A stretch of 28,520 bases of DNA from positions 1-28,520 of the forward strand of contig JALWQD010000074.1 of assembly GCA_026994735.1 (NCBI GenBank). The letters run 5' to 3'. Shown here piece by piece: positions 10,998 to 21,221 of this stretch. This DNA is from Gammaproteobacteria bacterium. Its GTDB lineage: Bacteria; Pseudomonadota; Gammaproteobacteria; SZUA-140. Numbering within the stretch: the first letter of the stretch is position 1; each line of letters starts with the position of its first letter. The notes beneath the pieces were generated by a model. The model ran no database searches. It was not told the DNA's origin and was given only the letters and a program-made list of their open reading frames with translations. The position numbers were made by a program, and so were the translations under genes.

Positions 10998-11396
10998 TTA
11001 AACTAGGCTTTTTACCCATAAAGTCACGAATGCCAGACAATAGTCACGTTCATCGGACAAACTGACATGACTCTGCGAAATCCCAAAACGCCTCACAAGG
11101 CGCTCGGTCTTATCCAGATAATAGAGCATAGGACGCCCCATGCTGTCATGACTGAGACCAATTTCACACATCGACACACCTTGACGAAAGCCAGTACCGA
11201 GAGCCTTTGCAGCCGCCTCTTTGACTGCAAACCGCTTTGCCAGCATACGCGCCTGCAAGCGCTTATCCTTGCGCAAACCCAGCTCATGCCATTCCTGCTC
11301 GGTCAGAATCCGACGACAAAAACGCTCACCGAAACGATTGAGGCAAGCTTCAATACGAGGAATATGAACAATGTCGGTACCGATACCGTGAATCAC
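10998..11396 (-). CDS. acpS: Holo-[acyl-carrier-protein] synthase
   Basis: [37 protein letters not shown] start overlaps the pdxJ stop. Confidence 0.95.
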   Translation of the reverse strand: MIHGIGTDIVHIPRIEACLNRFGERFCRRILTEQEWHELGLRKDKRLQARMLAKRFAVKEAAAKALGTGFRQGVSMCEIGLSHDSMGRPMLYYLDKTERLVRRFGISQSHVSLSDERDYCLAFVTLWVKSLV

Positions 11397-12136
11397 CCTG
11401 CCGATGCCTCACGCATCAAACGGAGCATTTCCCGAACGGCACAGCCAAGCCCGGAAAAGAGAGCCCTGGCAATAATCGCATGGCCGATATTGAGTTCACT
11501 GATACCTGGAATAGCGGCGATCGCAGCAACATTTTGGTAATTGAGGCCATGGCCGGCATTCACCTGTAAACCCAATTGCAGACCATGATCGACAGCATCC
11601 CTGATACGCATCAAAGCTTGTTGCCGCTCTGCGCGTCTACGCATATCGGCAAAGTGACCGCTATGTATCTCAATCACCCGGCAGCCCGTCTCGGCAGCTG
11701 CCGCAACCTGCTTCGGATCGGGGTCAATAAACAGGGAAACCTGACAGCCGGCAGCCTGTAATTGCTGGCAGGCATCACCAATGCGCGATAATTGACCGAC
11801 CACATTCAAGCCACCCTCTGTCGTCAATTCCTGACGGCGCTCTGGCACCAGACAGCAATCTGCCGGCTTTATTTCACATGCCAGGGCAAGCATCTCGTCG
11901 GTTACCGCCATCTCCAGATTCATGCGTGTCTGCAAAACCTCGTTAAGCAGGCGCACATCGCGTTCCTGTATATGCCGGCGATCTTCCCGCAGGTGAACCG
12001 TGATCGCATCGGCACCGGCCTGTTCAGCTACCCGGGCAGCCTCCACTGGCTCCGGATAGCGTGTCCCACGCGCCTGCCTGAGGGTGGCAACATGATCGAT
12101 GTTAACACCCAACTGGATCATATTTTTCATTCTCAC
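11393..12136 (-). CDS. pdxJ: Pyridoxine 5'-phosphate synthase
   Basis: [57 protein letters not shown]. The start could instead be the ATG at 12130 or 12121. Confidence 0.96.
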   Translation of the reverse strand: MRMKNMIQLGVNIDHVATLRQARGTRYPEPVEAARVAEQAGADAITVHLREDRRHIQERDVRLLNEVLQTRMNLEMAVTDEMLALACEIKPADCCLVPERRQELTTEGGLNVVGQLSRIGDACQQLQAAGCQVSLFIDPDPKQVAAAAETGCRVIEIHSGHFADMRRRAERQQALMRIRDAVDHGLQLGLQVNAGHGLNYQNVAAIAAIPGISELNIGHAIIARALFSGLGCAVREMLRLMREASAG

Positions 12137-12166
12137 TCATCCATCCTTATACATTCAAAAAAATGA

Positions 12167-12943
12167 TCAATCGTCTATCTGCACATGAGCAGCAAGCTCT
12201 GCCCTGCGAGAAAAAAGACACCAGCTGCGCAGTGGCTTGCCGTCAAGACAGGCAAGAATAATACGACGCATAAGGTTACGGGCAATACGCGCCGATTGCT
12301 CATCACGCAAATCATCTGCTGCCAGCTGTAACAACACCTGACCAGGTACAACCAGGCTACTGCTGTGCGGCTTGTCAGCCAGCAGCGGCCCTTGCAAGGG
12401 CAGATAAATATATTCCGCCTCGGCAACAATCGCCAGCCCATTCTCGATATCCTGCGTCAGAAGCGGTCGATAACCAATAAGCGTGAGTAATTGCAATTCA
12501 AAACGTCGCAGGCAACGGTGCAGGGCCAGCCGACCTGTCATCATTGCCTGTGGCAACTCTGCCAGCGTCTCGACATAGAGATCAAAAACATCTGGACAGG
12601 GGTCATGACGATGCAACAAACGCATCAATAATTCATTGATATAAAGACCGCTAAACAAGCTGTCCCCCGTCAGTAGCTGGGGTGTCGTAGCGGCATCAGC
12701 ACTGCGCAAGCTGCCCAGCTCCCCACGCCCCTGCCAGACTATCTGCAGACGGCAAAAGTGTTGGTTAACAACATACTGAGCTGAACGGGGTTGGCGTGCG
12801 GCCCGACAAACCAAGCCGACACGGCCATGTTCACGGGTGAGCAAATCAGCAATCAGGCTACTGTCCCGATAGGGTCTACGATGCAATAAATAGGCTTCAT
12901 CCTGGCTGCGCAGACGATGCCCGAAAGAATGCTTATTCGTCAT
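12167..12943 (-). CDS. recO: DNA repair protein RecO
   Basis: AYLLHRRPYRDSSLI, EHGRV, LFSGLYINELL, RRFELQLL, GKPLRS. I place the start at ATG 12943, overlapping the era stop; the ORF-track extension to 13066 lies inside era. Confidence 0.92.
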   Translation of the reverse strand: MTNKHSFGHRLRSQDEAYLLHRRPYRDSSLIADLLTREHGRVGLVCRAARQPRSAQYVVNQHFCRLQIVWQGRGELGSLRSADAATTPQLLTGDSLFSGLYINELLMRLLHRHDPCPDVFDLYVETLAELPQAMMTGRLALHRCLRRFELQLLTLIGYRPLLTQDIENGLAIVAEAEYIYLPLQGPLLADKPHSSSLVVPGQVLLQLAADDLRDEQSARIARNLMRRIILACLDGKPLRSWCLFSRRAELAAHVQIDD

Positions 12944-13841
12944 AACCGAGCGAACGCAAGGCACGCTCATCGTCAGACCAACCCTCCTTGACCTTGACCC
13001 ACAAACGGAGGAACACCTTGCGTTCAAAGATCTTCTCCATAGCCTCTCTTGCCTGACTGCCGACACGCTTTAACTGCTGTCCCTGGCGTCCGATGACAAT
13101 AGATTTTTGCGCCGCACGTTCAACCCAGATCAAAGCCGAAATATCGAGCAGCTTTTCTTCTTCTTTAAAATGCTCAATTTCCACTGTCAAGGCATAGGGT
13201 AATTCCTGATCAAGCTGACGCATCAGACGCTCACGAACAATTTCAGCAGCCAGAAAACGCTCACTGCGATCCGTCACCTGATCTTCTGAAAACAACGCCG
13301 GTGCGGCAGGTAACAGTTCCGTAACCACCTTCTCAAGTAATTCGACCTGCGCCCCCTTACGCGCCGACAGTGGAATCACCTGGTGAAAGGGATAACGGTC
13401 TGCAAGACTGGCAATAACCGGCAGCAATTGCTCTTTGTCATTGACACGATCAACCTTGTTGATGGCCAGGATAACGGGTACATCGACACGCTCAAGATGC
13501 TCCAGAATCAATGCTTCTTCATCGCCCCACTTACGATAATCAACCAACATGACGATGACATCAACGCCCATAAAGGCATTGCTGGCTGTCCGGTTCATCA
13601 TGCGGTTAATGGCCCGCCCTGCCGTCGGGTGAATACCTGGTGTATCGACATAGACGACCTGGCTGTCAGCTTCGCTACGGATACCCAGAATCGAATGGCG
13701 TGTCGTTTGTGGTTTGTGCGAAGTAATACTGACCTTCTGCCCCAAAATTCGATTAAGCAGTGTTGATTTACCCGCATTTGGTCGTCCAATAAGGGCAACA
13801 TAGCCGCAGTGTTGAAGCATAAAACCAGGTTCCATCGTCAT
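12933..13841 (-). CDS. era: GTPase Era
   Basis: GRPNAGKS, TTRH, DTPG, NKVD, SA, and KH-domain IVIGRQG / LWVKVKEGWSDD. ATGA overlap with rnc. Confidence 0.97.
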   Translation of the reverse strand: MTMEPGFMLQHCGYVALIGRPNAGKSTLLNRILGQKVSITSHKPQTTRHSILGIRSEADSQVVYVDTPGIHPTAGRAINRMMNRTASNAFMGVDVIVMLVDYRKWGDEEALILEHLERVDVPVILAINKVDRVNDKEQLLPVIASLADRYPFHQVIPLSARKGAQVELLEKVVTELLPAAPALFSEDQVTDRSERFLAAEIVRERLMRQLDQELPYALTVEIEHFKEEEKLLDISALIWVERAAQKSIVIGRQGQQLKRVGSQAREAMEKIFERKVFLRLWVKVKEGWSDDERALRSLGYDE

Positions 13842-14578
13842 CTTTTCTTTCCAGGGTTGTTGTCTTCCGTAATGACGGCAAGGACTTGCTCGGCGGCTGC
13901 CTGCTCTGCTTGACGACGACTGCCACCATCGCCAAAAACGGCTTCCGTCAGCAAGCCATCAAGACAACAGGAAACACGGAAACGGCTGCCACCAGGGAGC
14001 TTGCTCTCATCCAGCAACTGATAGATGGGCAAAGGCAAGGCACGCGCCTGTAACCACTCCTGCAAACGGGTTTTGGGGTCTTTCAGGGCTTGCTCAATGG
14101 TCAGTGTTTTTAGACGGCGAGAAAAAATTGACAAGACATAATCACGCGTCGCCTGGCCATCAGAATCGATATGAATGGCCGCAATAATTGCCTCCATGGC
14201 TCCGGCCAGAATGGAATCACGATTGGCACCGCCACTGCGCAATTCACCACTGCCCAGAACCAGGGCCTCGCAAAGCTTTAACTCGCGGGCAATCTCGGCC
14301 AATGTCTGCCCCTTAACAAGACGAGCACGCAAGCGGCTCAGAGCACCCTCGCCAGCTTCAGGAAAACGCTGATAGAGATGTTCGGCAATGATACAACCGA
14401 GCAAGGCATCGCCGAAAAACTCAAGCCGTTCATTATTCAAACGGCCAATACTACGATGCGTCAATGCCAAACCGAACAGTGCCTGGTCATGAAAGCGATA
14501 ATCAAGCCGGCGAGTCAGGCGTTGTGCCGCTACCGTCTGACCACTGGAAAGTGTTCGTTTAGAGCTCTGCACGTTCAT
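13838..14578 (-). CDS. rnc: Ribonuclease III
   Basis: ALTHRS, NERLEFFGDA signature, dsRBD KDPKTRLQEWLQ and SRRQAEQAAA. Lies in the lepB-rnc-era context. Confidence 0.95.
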   Translation of the reverse strand: MNVQSSKRTLSSGQTVAAQRLTRRLDYRFHDQALFGLALTHRSIGRLNNERLEFFGDALLGCIIAEHLYQRFPEAGEGALSRLRARLVKGQTLAEIARELKLCEALVLGSGELRSGGANRDSILAGAMEAIIAAIHIDSDGQATRDYVLSIFSRRLKTLTIEQALKDPKTRLQEWLQARALPLPIYQLLDESKLPGGSRFRVSCCLDGLLTEAVFGDGGSRRQAEQAAAEQVLAVITEDNNPGKKR

Positions 14579-14927
14579 TAAAATGAACTATCAAATCGAT
14601 ATTTGCCAACAGAGGCTTACGCACCTCGTATTCAATAACAATGGCTTTTTTCTTGCCATTCTTTTCGATATGAATATTTTCACGTTTGACGCTGTCAATA
14701 TCATTAACATCAAATTGTCGAATCAGGCGATCCCGAATGGTCTTTGTGCTTGCCTTCTTCACACCGTCTTCATCGGCGACTATTTTAAGCGAGGAGACAA
14801 CGCTGAAGTATTCAACATAAACGGGAATCAGACGCATACCAATTGAGGCAATAAATACAATCATGACTAACACTGCCAGAAATGATGTCATTGTCATTCC
14901 TGACATATTTCGTGAACCATTGTGCAT
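14559..14927 (-). CDS. DUF4845-family small membrane-anchored protein with pilin-like N-terminus
   Basis: 122 aa, SG-MTMTSFL followed by a hydrophobic helix, PVYVEY, YEVRKPLLANIDLIVHF. Occupies the usual slot between lepB and rnc. Confidence 0.8.
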   Translation of the reverse strand: MHNGSRNMSGMTMTSFLAVLVMIVFIASIGMRLIPVYVEYFSVVSSLKIVADEDGVKKASTKTIRDRLIRQFDVNDIDSVKRENIHIEKNGKKKAIVIEYEVRKPLLANIDLIVHFNERAEL

Positions 14928-14955
14928 CGTAGTTACCTCCGATTGACAATAATGA

Positions 14956-15744
14956 TCACTGGATACGCATGCCGATTCGGTTCCAATGGACGCTTGAGAT
15001 CGATGAATCCCAGTTCATCCAGATCATAAAGGCTTTGCCGACAAGATTCTCTTCCGGCACGGTACCCCAGAAGCGACTGTCATTGCTATTATCCCGGTTA
15101 TCACCCATGACAAAATAACGGCCGGCCGGCACGATAAATTCACCTTCCGAAAAACGCCGACTTGTCTGCACCAATATCCGGTGATCAATGTCACCCAGAT
15201 GTTCTGTCCGCAGACTCGCCCCGCTAACGCGGATGCCTTCGCCCATACCGGTATAAATTCCTTCTGATTTTTGTTCCGCTGGCTGACCATTAATGTAGAC
15301 CGTCTTATTTTGATAGCGAATCGTATCACCTGGCAAACCAACAATACGTTTAATATAATCCACAGAGGGATCTTCCGGGAAGCGGAAAACAACCACATCG
15401 CCCCGTGCTGGCTCATCAATGTCGATAACCTTTAGACCAAATAAAGGCAGCCTGATTCCATAAGAAAACTTGTTCACAAGAATAAAATCACCGACCTGTA
15501 AGGTTGGCAACATTGAACCCGATGGAATCCGAAAAGGTTCCGCCAGAAATGAACGCAGTACCAGGACAATCAATATAATAGGAAAAAATGAGACCGCATA
15601 TTCGACAACAACGGGTTGAGATATCTCTTCGCCCTCACCAACTGCGGCACGACGTTTGGGAGCAAAAACCCAGACATCACCCGCCCAAATGATGGCGCTT
15701 GCCACCAAGGCAATCAACATCATCGCCTGAAAATCAAAGTTCAT
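14956..15744 (-). CDS. lepB: Signal peptidase I
   Basis: EPFRIPSGSMLPTL (catalytic Ser), DYIKRIVGLPGD (catalytic Lys), GDNRDNSNDSRFWG. TAATG overlap with lepA. Confidence 0.97.
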   Translation of the reverse strand: MNFDFQAMMLIALVASAIIWAGDVWVFAPKRRAAVGEGEEISQPVVVEYAVSFFPIILIVLVLRSFLAEPFRIPSGSMLPTLQVGDFILVNKFSYGIRLPLFGLKVIDIDEPARGDVVVFRFPEDPSVDYIKRIVGLPGDTIRYQNKTVYINGQPAEQKSEGIYTGMGEGIRVSGASLRTEHLGDIDHRILVQTSRRFSEGEFIVPAGRYFVMGDNRDNSNDSRFWGTVPEENLVGKAFMIWMNWDSSISSVHWNRIGMRIQ

Positions 15745-17537
15745 TATTTCTTACCTGTATGCAGTACCGCAAGAAAGGCATCCTGCGGGATTTCAACCGA
15801 ACCCAATTGTTTCATGCGTCGCTTACCCGCTTTCTGTTTTTCCAGCAATTTACGTTTTCGTGAAACATCGCCGCCATAACACTTGGCTGTTACATTTTTA
15901 CGCAGTGCCTTCACTGTTTCGCGTGAAATAATTTTCGACCCGATAGATGCCTGAATGGCCACATCAAACATTTGTCGTGGAATCAGCTCACGCATTTTTT
16001 CAACCAACTCACGCCCTCGCTGAACTGCCCGTTCACGATGGACAATATATGATAAGGCATCAACCCGCTCGCCATTGATCAATAAATCAAGACGCACAAG
16101 GTTAGCGGCTTGAAAACAGTCGAGATTATAGTCAAGCGAGGCATAACCACGACTGACTGATTTCAGACGATCATAGAAATCGACGACCATCTCACTCATT
16201 GGCAACATAAAACTCACCGCTACCTGTTGGCCATGATAGATCATCTTTTTTTGAACACCGCGCTTTTCAATGCATAGTGTAATCACTGCCCCCAAAAATT
16301 CCTGCGGGACAAGGATGTCGGCTTCAATGATCGGCTCGCGAATTTCAGCAATCGTTCCAACATCCGGCAAGCGCGAAGGGTTATCAATCAAAACCACATC
16401 ACCGGATGTCAAGATAACCTCATAGACCACTGTCGGCGCAGTCGTAATCAGATTCAGATCATATTCCCGTTCAAGCCTTTCCTGGATAATTTCCATATGC
16501 AGCATACCCAGAAAACCGCAACGAAAACCAAACCCCAGCGCCTGCGAAGTTTCAGGCTCGTAAAATAAGGCAGCATCATTCAACCGCAATTTTGACAGTG
16601 CCTCACGGAGGGCTTCATAGTCCTCTGCGCTGACGGGGAAAAGACCGGCAAAGACCTGCGGTTTAATCGCTTTGAAACCAGGCAATGCCTGTTCGACAGG
16701 ATGATTGCTTAACGTCAATGTATCGCCCACCGGAGCCCCTTCAATCTCCTTGATCCCGGCAATAACAAAACCAACCTCACCGGCATGAAGGACGGAACGT
16801 GATAACGGTTTGGGCGTAAAAACACCGACCTTATTGACAGGATAGCTACGCCCGGTGGACATTATTGTAATCTTGTCGCCAACAGGTAAACGACCATTAA
16901 CGACACGTACCAGCGACACTACTCCGAGATAATTATCGAACCATGAGTCAATTATCAATGCTTGCAAGGGGCCCTCTGAGCTGCCTTTTGGTGCCGGAAT
17001 ACGGTCGATCAGCGACGCCAGCAAGGCATCGACACCGAGGCCAGTCTTGGCACTCACCTCAAGCGCATCGGTGGCATCGACACCAATAATATCTTCAATC
17101 TCCTGACAGACGCGATCCGGGTCTGCAGTCGGCAGATCAATTTTATTGAGAACAGGAATCACTTCCAGGCCTTGTTCTATCGCCGTATAGCAATTGGCAA
17201 CCGTTTGTGCCTCGACACCCTGCGAGGCATCCACTACCAATAACGCCCCTTCACAGGCAGCAAGAGAGCGCGACACCTCATAGGAGAAATCAACATGGCC
17301 GGGAGTATCAATGAAATTAAGCTGGAATACCTGACCATCACTGGCCGTATAGTCGAGTGTTACGCACTGGGCCTTGATCGTAATACCGCGCTCACGCTCA
17401 AGATCCATCGAGTCAAGCACCTGAGCCGACATTTCTCGATCACTGAGACCGCCACAAATCTGAATCAAACGGTCAGCAAGAGTGGATTTACCATGATCAA
17501 TATGGGCAATAATCGAGAAATTACGAATGTTCTGCAC
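15744..17537 (-). CDS. lepA: Translation elongation factor 4 (LepA)
   Basis: [53 protein letters not shown] place the start at GTG 17537 (MQNIRNF, with GGTGA SD); the ORF track gives TTG 17552. Confidence 0.97.
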   Translation of the reverse strand: MQNIRNFSIIAHIDHGKSTLADRLIQICGGLSDREMSAQVLDSMDLERERGITIKAQCVTLDYTASDGQVFQLNFIDTPGHVDFSYEVSRSLAACEGALLVVDASQGVEAQTVANCYTAIEQGLEVIPVLNKIDLPTADPDRVCQEIEDIIGVDATDALEVSAKTGLGVDALLASLIDRIPAPKGSSEGPLQALIIDSWFDNYLGVVSLVRVVNGRLPVGDKITIMSTGRSYPVNKVGVFTPKPLSRSVLHAGEVGFVIAGIKEIEGAPVGDTLTLSNHPVEQALPGFKAIKPQVFAGLFPVSAEDYEALREALSKLRLNDAALFYEPETSQALGFGFRCGFLGMLHMEIIQERLEREYDLNLITTAPTVVYEVILTSGDVVLIDNPSRLPDVGTIAEIREPIIEADILVPQEFLGAVITLCIEKRGVQKKMIYHGQQVAVSFMLPMSEMVVDFYDRLKSVSRGYASLDYNLDCFQAANLVRLDLLINGERVDALSYIVHRERAVQRGRELVEKMRELIPRQMFDVAIQASIGSKIISRETVKALRKNVTAKCYGGDVSRKRKLLEKQKAGKRRMKQLGSVEIPQDAFLAVLHTGKK

Positions 17538-17600
17538 GTCACCATCACACAATGAGGGTTAAAACGGGCGACAGACAACAACATCTCATCCCCCGCACCC

Positions 17601-17634
17601 AAAAAAATCATCAGGGGCCGACGAGCGGCCCCTG
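17601..17634 (-). terminator. Intrinsic-terminator-like hairpin between mucD and lepA
   Basis: Perfect 9-bp stem CAGGGGCCG-ctcgt-CGGCCCCTG followed by ATGA and T7 on the minus strand. Confidence 0.6.
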
Positions 17635-17710
17635 CAGTGACGACATTCTACCGGCTAGCGCCGGAGAATCCCAGTTAATCTGAGGCCCCTGTCAACCGTT
17701 AGCGCAGCCA

Positions 17711-19168
17711 CTATTGAGACAAACGTAAAGCGAGAAAGCGCGGGCTGCCCCGGCGCTGAATAAGCACGCGCACAGGATGATCAACCTCGAGTTGATCAAC
17801 CAGCTTCGCTAATTGTGCAATATCGATGATGTCATCATTATTCACTTTCAAAATCACATCACCGGCAAGGATCCCTGCACGTGCAGCGGGCCCATCATCA
17901 ACCTCGTCAACCATGATTCCCGTTGTCACTGACAACTTGTCCTTCTGCTCGCCATTGAGATTGCTAACTGTCATCTGCAGACGCGATAAAACCCGTTTCC
18001 CGGCCTCAACTGAGCCTTGCTGTGCCAATTGATTGTCTGCTGGCAGCTCGTTGAGTGTCACCGTCAGTGTTTTAGCCTTGCCCTGACGAATAATGTCAAG
18101 ACGTACGCGACTACCAACGCGACTACTGCCCACCAGTGGCGGCAAATCCGATGAACTGCCGATCTCATGGCCCTCGAATGATACGATGACATCACCGACC
18201 TCAACGCCGGCCTTCTCCGCCGGACTATCGGGCAAAACACGGGAAACCAACGCGCCGACAGGCTTATCCATAGAAAAAGACTCGGCCAATTCGCGTGTCA
18301 CATCCTGAATCAGTACTCCCAGCCATCCGCGTGAAACATGCCCTGTCTCCTTGATCTGTTCAACAACATTCATCGCCAAATCAATAGGAATTGAAAATGA
18401 AACGCCCATATAGCCACCGGTACGGCTATAGATCTGGGAATTAATTCCGATCACCTCGCCATCAAGATTATAGAGCGGCCCACCTGAATTACCGGGGTTA
18501 ATGGCGACATCCGTCTGAATAAAAGGTGTGTAGTTCTCATTCGGCAGACTGCGACGAATAGCGCTGACAATCCCCGCCGTCACAGAGTGATCAAAACCAA
18601 AGGGCGAACCAATTGCCAGCACCCAGCTGCCAACCTTGACGCTGGCAGACTGTCCAATGCGGGCAACAGGCAAATTATCGGCGTCAATCTTCAATAAGGC
18701 CACATCACTGCGATCATCCGACCCAATGACCTTGGCCATAAATTCTCGCCGATCGCTGAGCCGGACGACAACTTCATCGGCATCCTTGACGACATGCGTA
18801 TTGGTCAGGATATAGCCATCCGTCGAAACAATAAATCCTGACCCGAGTGAACGCTGCTCGCCCTGAATACCGGGAATACGGCCTTGCCCCTTGTCACCAA
18901 AGAATTTGCGCAGCAAATCCTCCATTGAGGGGTCCATGCCATGGGGCAGCCGGAAGGCTCCCTTCGACTCTTCTTTGTTATGGGTCGTCGTACTGATATT
19001 GACGACAGCCGGTGCACTACGCTCTACCAGCTCGGTAAAATCTGGCAAGGCTACCGTAGCCTGTACAGCCCAAGCAGGAGAAACGAGTAATAACATCACC
19101 GCCAGCAGGCATAAATAGCTTCCCCGCCAGCGAATAACAGCAGGCAACAGAAAGGCAAAATTCTTCAT
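17711..19168 (-). CDS. mucD: DegP/MucD-type periplasmic serine endoprotease with two PDZ domains
   Basis: Signal peptide ending PAWA; LPDFTELV, SLGSGF, TNTHVV, SDVALLKI, QTDVAINPGNSGGPL, RGWLGV; two PDZ domains. Located downstream of rseC. Confidence 0.9.
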   Translation of the reverse strand: MKNFAFLLPAVIRWRGSYLCLLAVMLLLVSPAWAVQATVALPDFTELVERSAPAVVNISTTTHNKEESKGAFRLPHGMDPSMEDLLRKFFGDKGQGRIPGIQGEQRSLGSGFIVSTDGYILTNTHVVKDADEVVVRLSDRREFMAKVIGSDDRSDVALLKIDADNLPVARIGQSASVKVGSWVLAIGSPFGFDHSVTAGIVSAIRRSLPNENYTPFIQTDVAINPGNSGGPLYNLDGEVIGINSQIYSRTGGYMGVSFSIPIDLAMNVVEQIKETGHVSRGWLGVLIQDVTRELAESFSMDKPVGALVSRVLPDSPAEKAGVEVGDVIVSFEGHEIGSSSDLPPLVGSSRVGSRVRLDIIRQGKAKTLTVTLNELPADNQLAQQGSVEAGKRVLSRLQMTVSNLNGEQKDKLSVTTGIMVDEVDDGPAARAGILAGDVILKVNNDDIIDIAQLAKLVDQLEVDHPVRVLIQRRGSPRFLALRLSQ

Positions 19169-19208
19169 CAGTAACTCCTCTGCAGGGAAATTATAAACAT
19201 GGACAGGA

Positions 19209-19694
19209 CTATTTACCGGGGAGAGTCCAGCTTATCGGAGAAACAGCTGATAAACGTTCGACAATACGTGCATTATAGCGATCATCCTTAGCCAAAATAT
19301 GAGAAAATCGACGCAAGCACAGACATCCGATAAGCAGTCCGGTAAAACCCAAAAAAATCACCAGGCCTTCACCTTCCGGATCGGCAAATAATGGTTGCAG
19401 GATGTCACCGAGCAAGGCGCCGGCAAAAAGACTCAGCAATGGAAACATGTAGGCCATCAAAGAACCGCGCACGAGCACTTCATCAGCAATGGCAACAAGG
19501 ACACGATCACCAACCACAGCAGCAATTTCGTTATCGACACGAATCCGCATTTTCCTGCCAGTAAAAAAGCGTGCGACAATACCTGTACCGCACCCCTTAC
19601 TGGCCGTACAACTACCACAAGCGGTTCGCCGCAGGGCCTCAACCCACGCATGATCACCTTCAACAGCGATGACCTCCGCTTCTTCGGTAATCAT
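19209..19694 (-). CDS. rseC: RseC/MucC family SoxR-reducing membrane protein
   Basis: MITEEAEVIAVEG, ACGSCTASKGCGTG Cys motif, YMFPLL, two TM helices. Confidence 0.92.
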   Translation of the reverse strand: MITEEAEVIAVEGDHAWVEALRRTACGSCTASKGCGTGIVARFFTGRKMRIRVDNEIAAVVGDRVLVAIADEVLVRGSLMAYMFPLLSLFAGALLGDILQPLFADPEGEGLVIFLGFTGLLIGCLCLRRFSHILAKDDRYNARIVERLSAVSPISWTLPGK

Positions 19695-19761
19695 AATGAG
19701 TGTCGTTTATCCTCGCGTCGTGACAACGATGCCCGACAGATGCAACATAGGCACCCAGGTA

Positions 19762-20445
19762 TCAATAACTGGCAAGACTGACATGGCGCAACATATCATT
19801 ACCCGAACTGCTTTGAGAATAGCGGCTGTAATTAACTAGGTAGTCATAGAAGTCAGCCGCTTCCTGAGGGTAATTGACATTATTTGTAGCTACATTCTGG
19901 CCCGCTGAGGCCAGCACAACCCGTGCCGAATGGGCACTCTGTGCGGAAGAAAATGCCGCACTTGCAAGCGGACCTTCCGCTCTTGTGGCCGAAGCCATCT
20001 GAGCATTGGCAACAATGGCAGTATTCGCTGCCAGAGATTGCACAGGCATTGAATCAGTCGCTGGTGAAAAGGAGCCCATATTGAAAATAGCCAGTGCCGA
20101 CAATGATGCGGCAAGAGCAAAACCAACAGCTGGCACCGTCCGCCGAGGCAGTGTTGCTACCTTTGCTTGCCGGATGGCTGTCTGCTGCGGGGATGCCTCA
20201 TCCATCTGCGGTAACAGATAACTCGGCTCGGAGGCAATCGCTTTCGCTACAGACGCCGCAACATCAAAGTTCATTGTCTCGGGCAGTGACCGTCGCATAG
20301 CGTCACCAATTATATGGTAATCCTGCCAGTGCTGCTGTAACTGGCCAGCTTTCGACAACTGGTCAAGAACTTGATCAAAGTCTGCCTTCTCGACCTCACC
20401 ATCGGCCAGCATCGAAACCTTTTCAGCATTTACTTCATTCATCAT
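19762..20445 (-). CDS. rseA: Anti-sigma-E factor RseA/MucA
   Basis: EKVSMLADGE, WQDYHIIGDAMR N-terminal domain, a single TM (VGFALAASLSALAIF), periplasmic tail. Follows rpoE. Confidence 0.9.
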   Translation of the reverse strand: MMNEVNAEKVSMLADGEVEKADFDQVLDQLSKAGQLQQHWQDYHIIGDAMRRSLPETMNFDVAASVAKAIASEPSYLLPQMDEASPQQTAIRQAKVATLPRRTVPAVGFALAASLSALAIFNMGSFSPATDSMPVQSLAANTAIVANAQMASATRAEGPLASAAFSSAQSAHSARVVLASAGQNVATNNVNYPQEAADFYDYLVNYSRYSQSSSGNDMLRHVSLASY

Positions 20446-20488
20446 CTTACACTCCGTTTAGCGGCTCCTGGATCAGAGCTAGCAATGC

Positions 20489-21067
20489 TCAAGACTCAAG
20501 CATGGGCCGCAGACGTTTCTGTATCGCTTCACGGGCGCGGAAGATTCGTGACCTTACCGTTCCCACAGGACAATCCATCCTTAGGCTGATCTCTTCGTAA
20601 CTCAAACCTTCAAGTTCACGCATCATAATTGCTTCCCGCAACTCCGCAGGCAAACGGTCAATGGCATCGACAACCGTTTTCTCAATCTCGTCCCTCTGGT
20701 AGAGACGTTCCGGCGTTGCTGTTTCCTTCAACTCACCGGCTGTTTCAATATGTTCAGCATCGTTAATCTCAATATCAACACCGGGTGGCCGACGCCCCTG
20801 AGCGATAAGATGATTCTTCGCCGCATTGACGCCAATCCGGTAGAGCCAGGTATAAAAGGCACTCTCACCGCGAAAAGACGGCAATGCCCGGTAGGCTTTG
20901 ATAAACGCTTCCTGCGTCACGTCAAAGACTTCCTCTGAATCATGCACATAGCGTGATATCAGTTTCGCCAGTCGATGTTGGTATTTCTGTACAAGGATGT
21001 CAAAAGCCTTCTTATCACCCTGTTGTACACGTTCGACTAACTGCTGGTCTGTACTGCTCTCGCCCAT
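20489..21067 (-). CDS. rpoE: ECF sigma factor sigma-E (RpoE/AlgU)
   Basis: DQQLVERVQQGDKKAFDILVQKYQH, FRGESAFYTWLYRIGVN, RELEGLSYEEI, CPVGTVRSRIFRARE. Confidence 0.97.
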   Translation of the reverse strand: MGESSTDQQLVERVQQGDKKAFDILVQKYQHRLAKLISRYVHDSEEVFDVTQEAFIKAYRALPSFRGESAFYTWLYRIGVNAAKNHLIAQGRRPPGVDIEINDAEHIETAGELKETATPERLYQRDEIEKTVVDAIDRLPAELREAIMMRELEGLSYEEISLRMDCPVGTVRSRIFRAREAIQKRLRPMLES

Positions 21068-21112
21068 TCAGGCCTGTGCTCCCCTGCGTGGGCAATCGCT
21101 CTATACATGGAG

Positions 21113-21140
21113 ATAGACAGAGCTTGCCGCGATAAGTTCC
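21113..21140 (-). promoter_or_regulatory. Sigma-E-dependent autoregulatory promoter of rpoE
   Basis: Minus strand GGAACTT (21140-21134), 16-nt spacer, TCTAT (21117-21113). Matches the RpoE/AlgU consensus GAACTT-N16-TCTAA/TCTAT, 45 nt upstream of the rpoE ATG. Confidence 0.85.
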
Positions 21141-21192
21141 CGCTGATCGCCAATCTTTTTCCTCCAGCCGAATAAAAAGTATATTTACATCG

Positions 21193-21221
21193 ATTATAGG
21201 CCTGCAAGTAGCGGTTGCCCA
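21193..21221 (-). promoter_or_regulatory. Probable sigma-70 promoter of rpoE
   Basis: Minus strand TGGGCA-N17-TATAAT: perfect -10, 4/6 match at -35, canonical spacing. Confidence 0.55.

Noticed and set aside
12944-13066. N-terminal extension of the recO ORF in the track
   Set aside because: It lies inside era in another frame, and RecO similarity only begins after ATG 12943.
20590-20618. TGAACTT inside rpoE as an internal sigma-E promoter for rseA
   Set aside because: The sequence at the -10 position (AAGAG) does not match; the hexamer is explained by the RELE codons.
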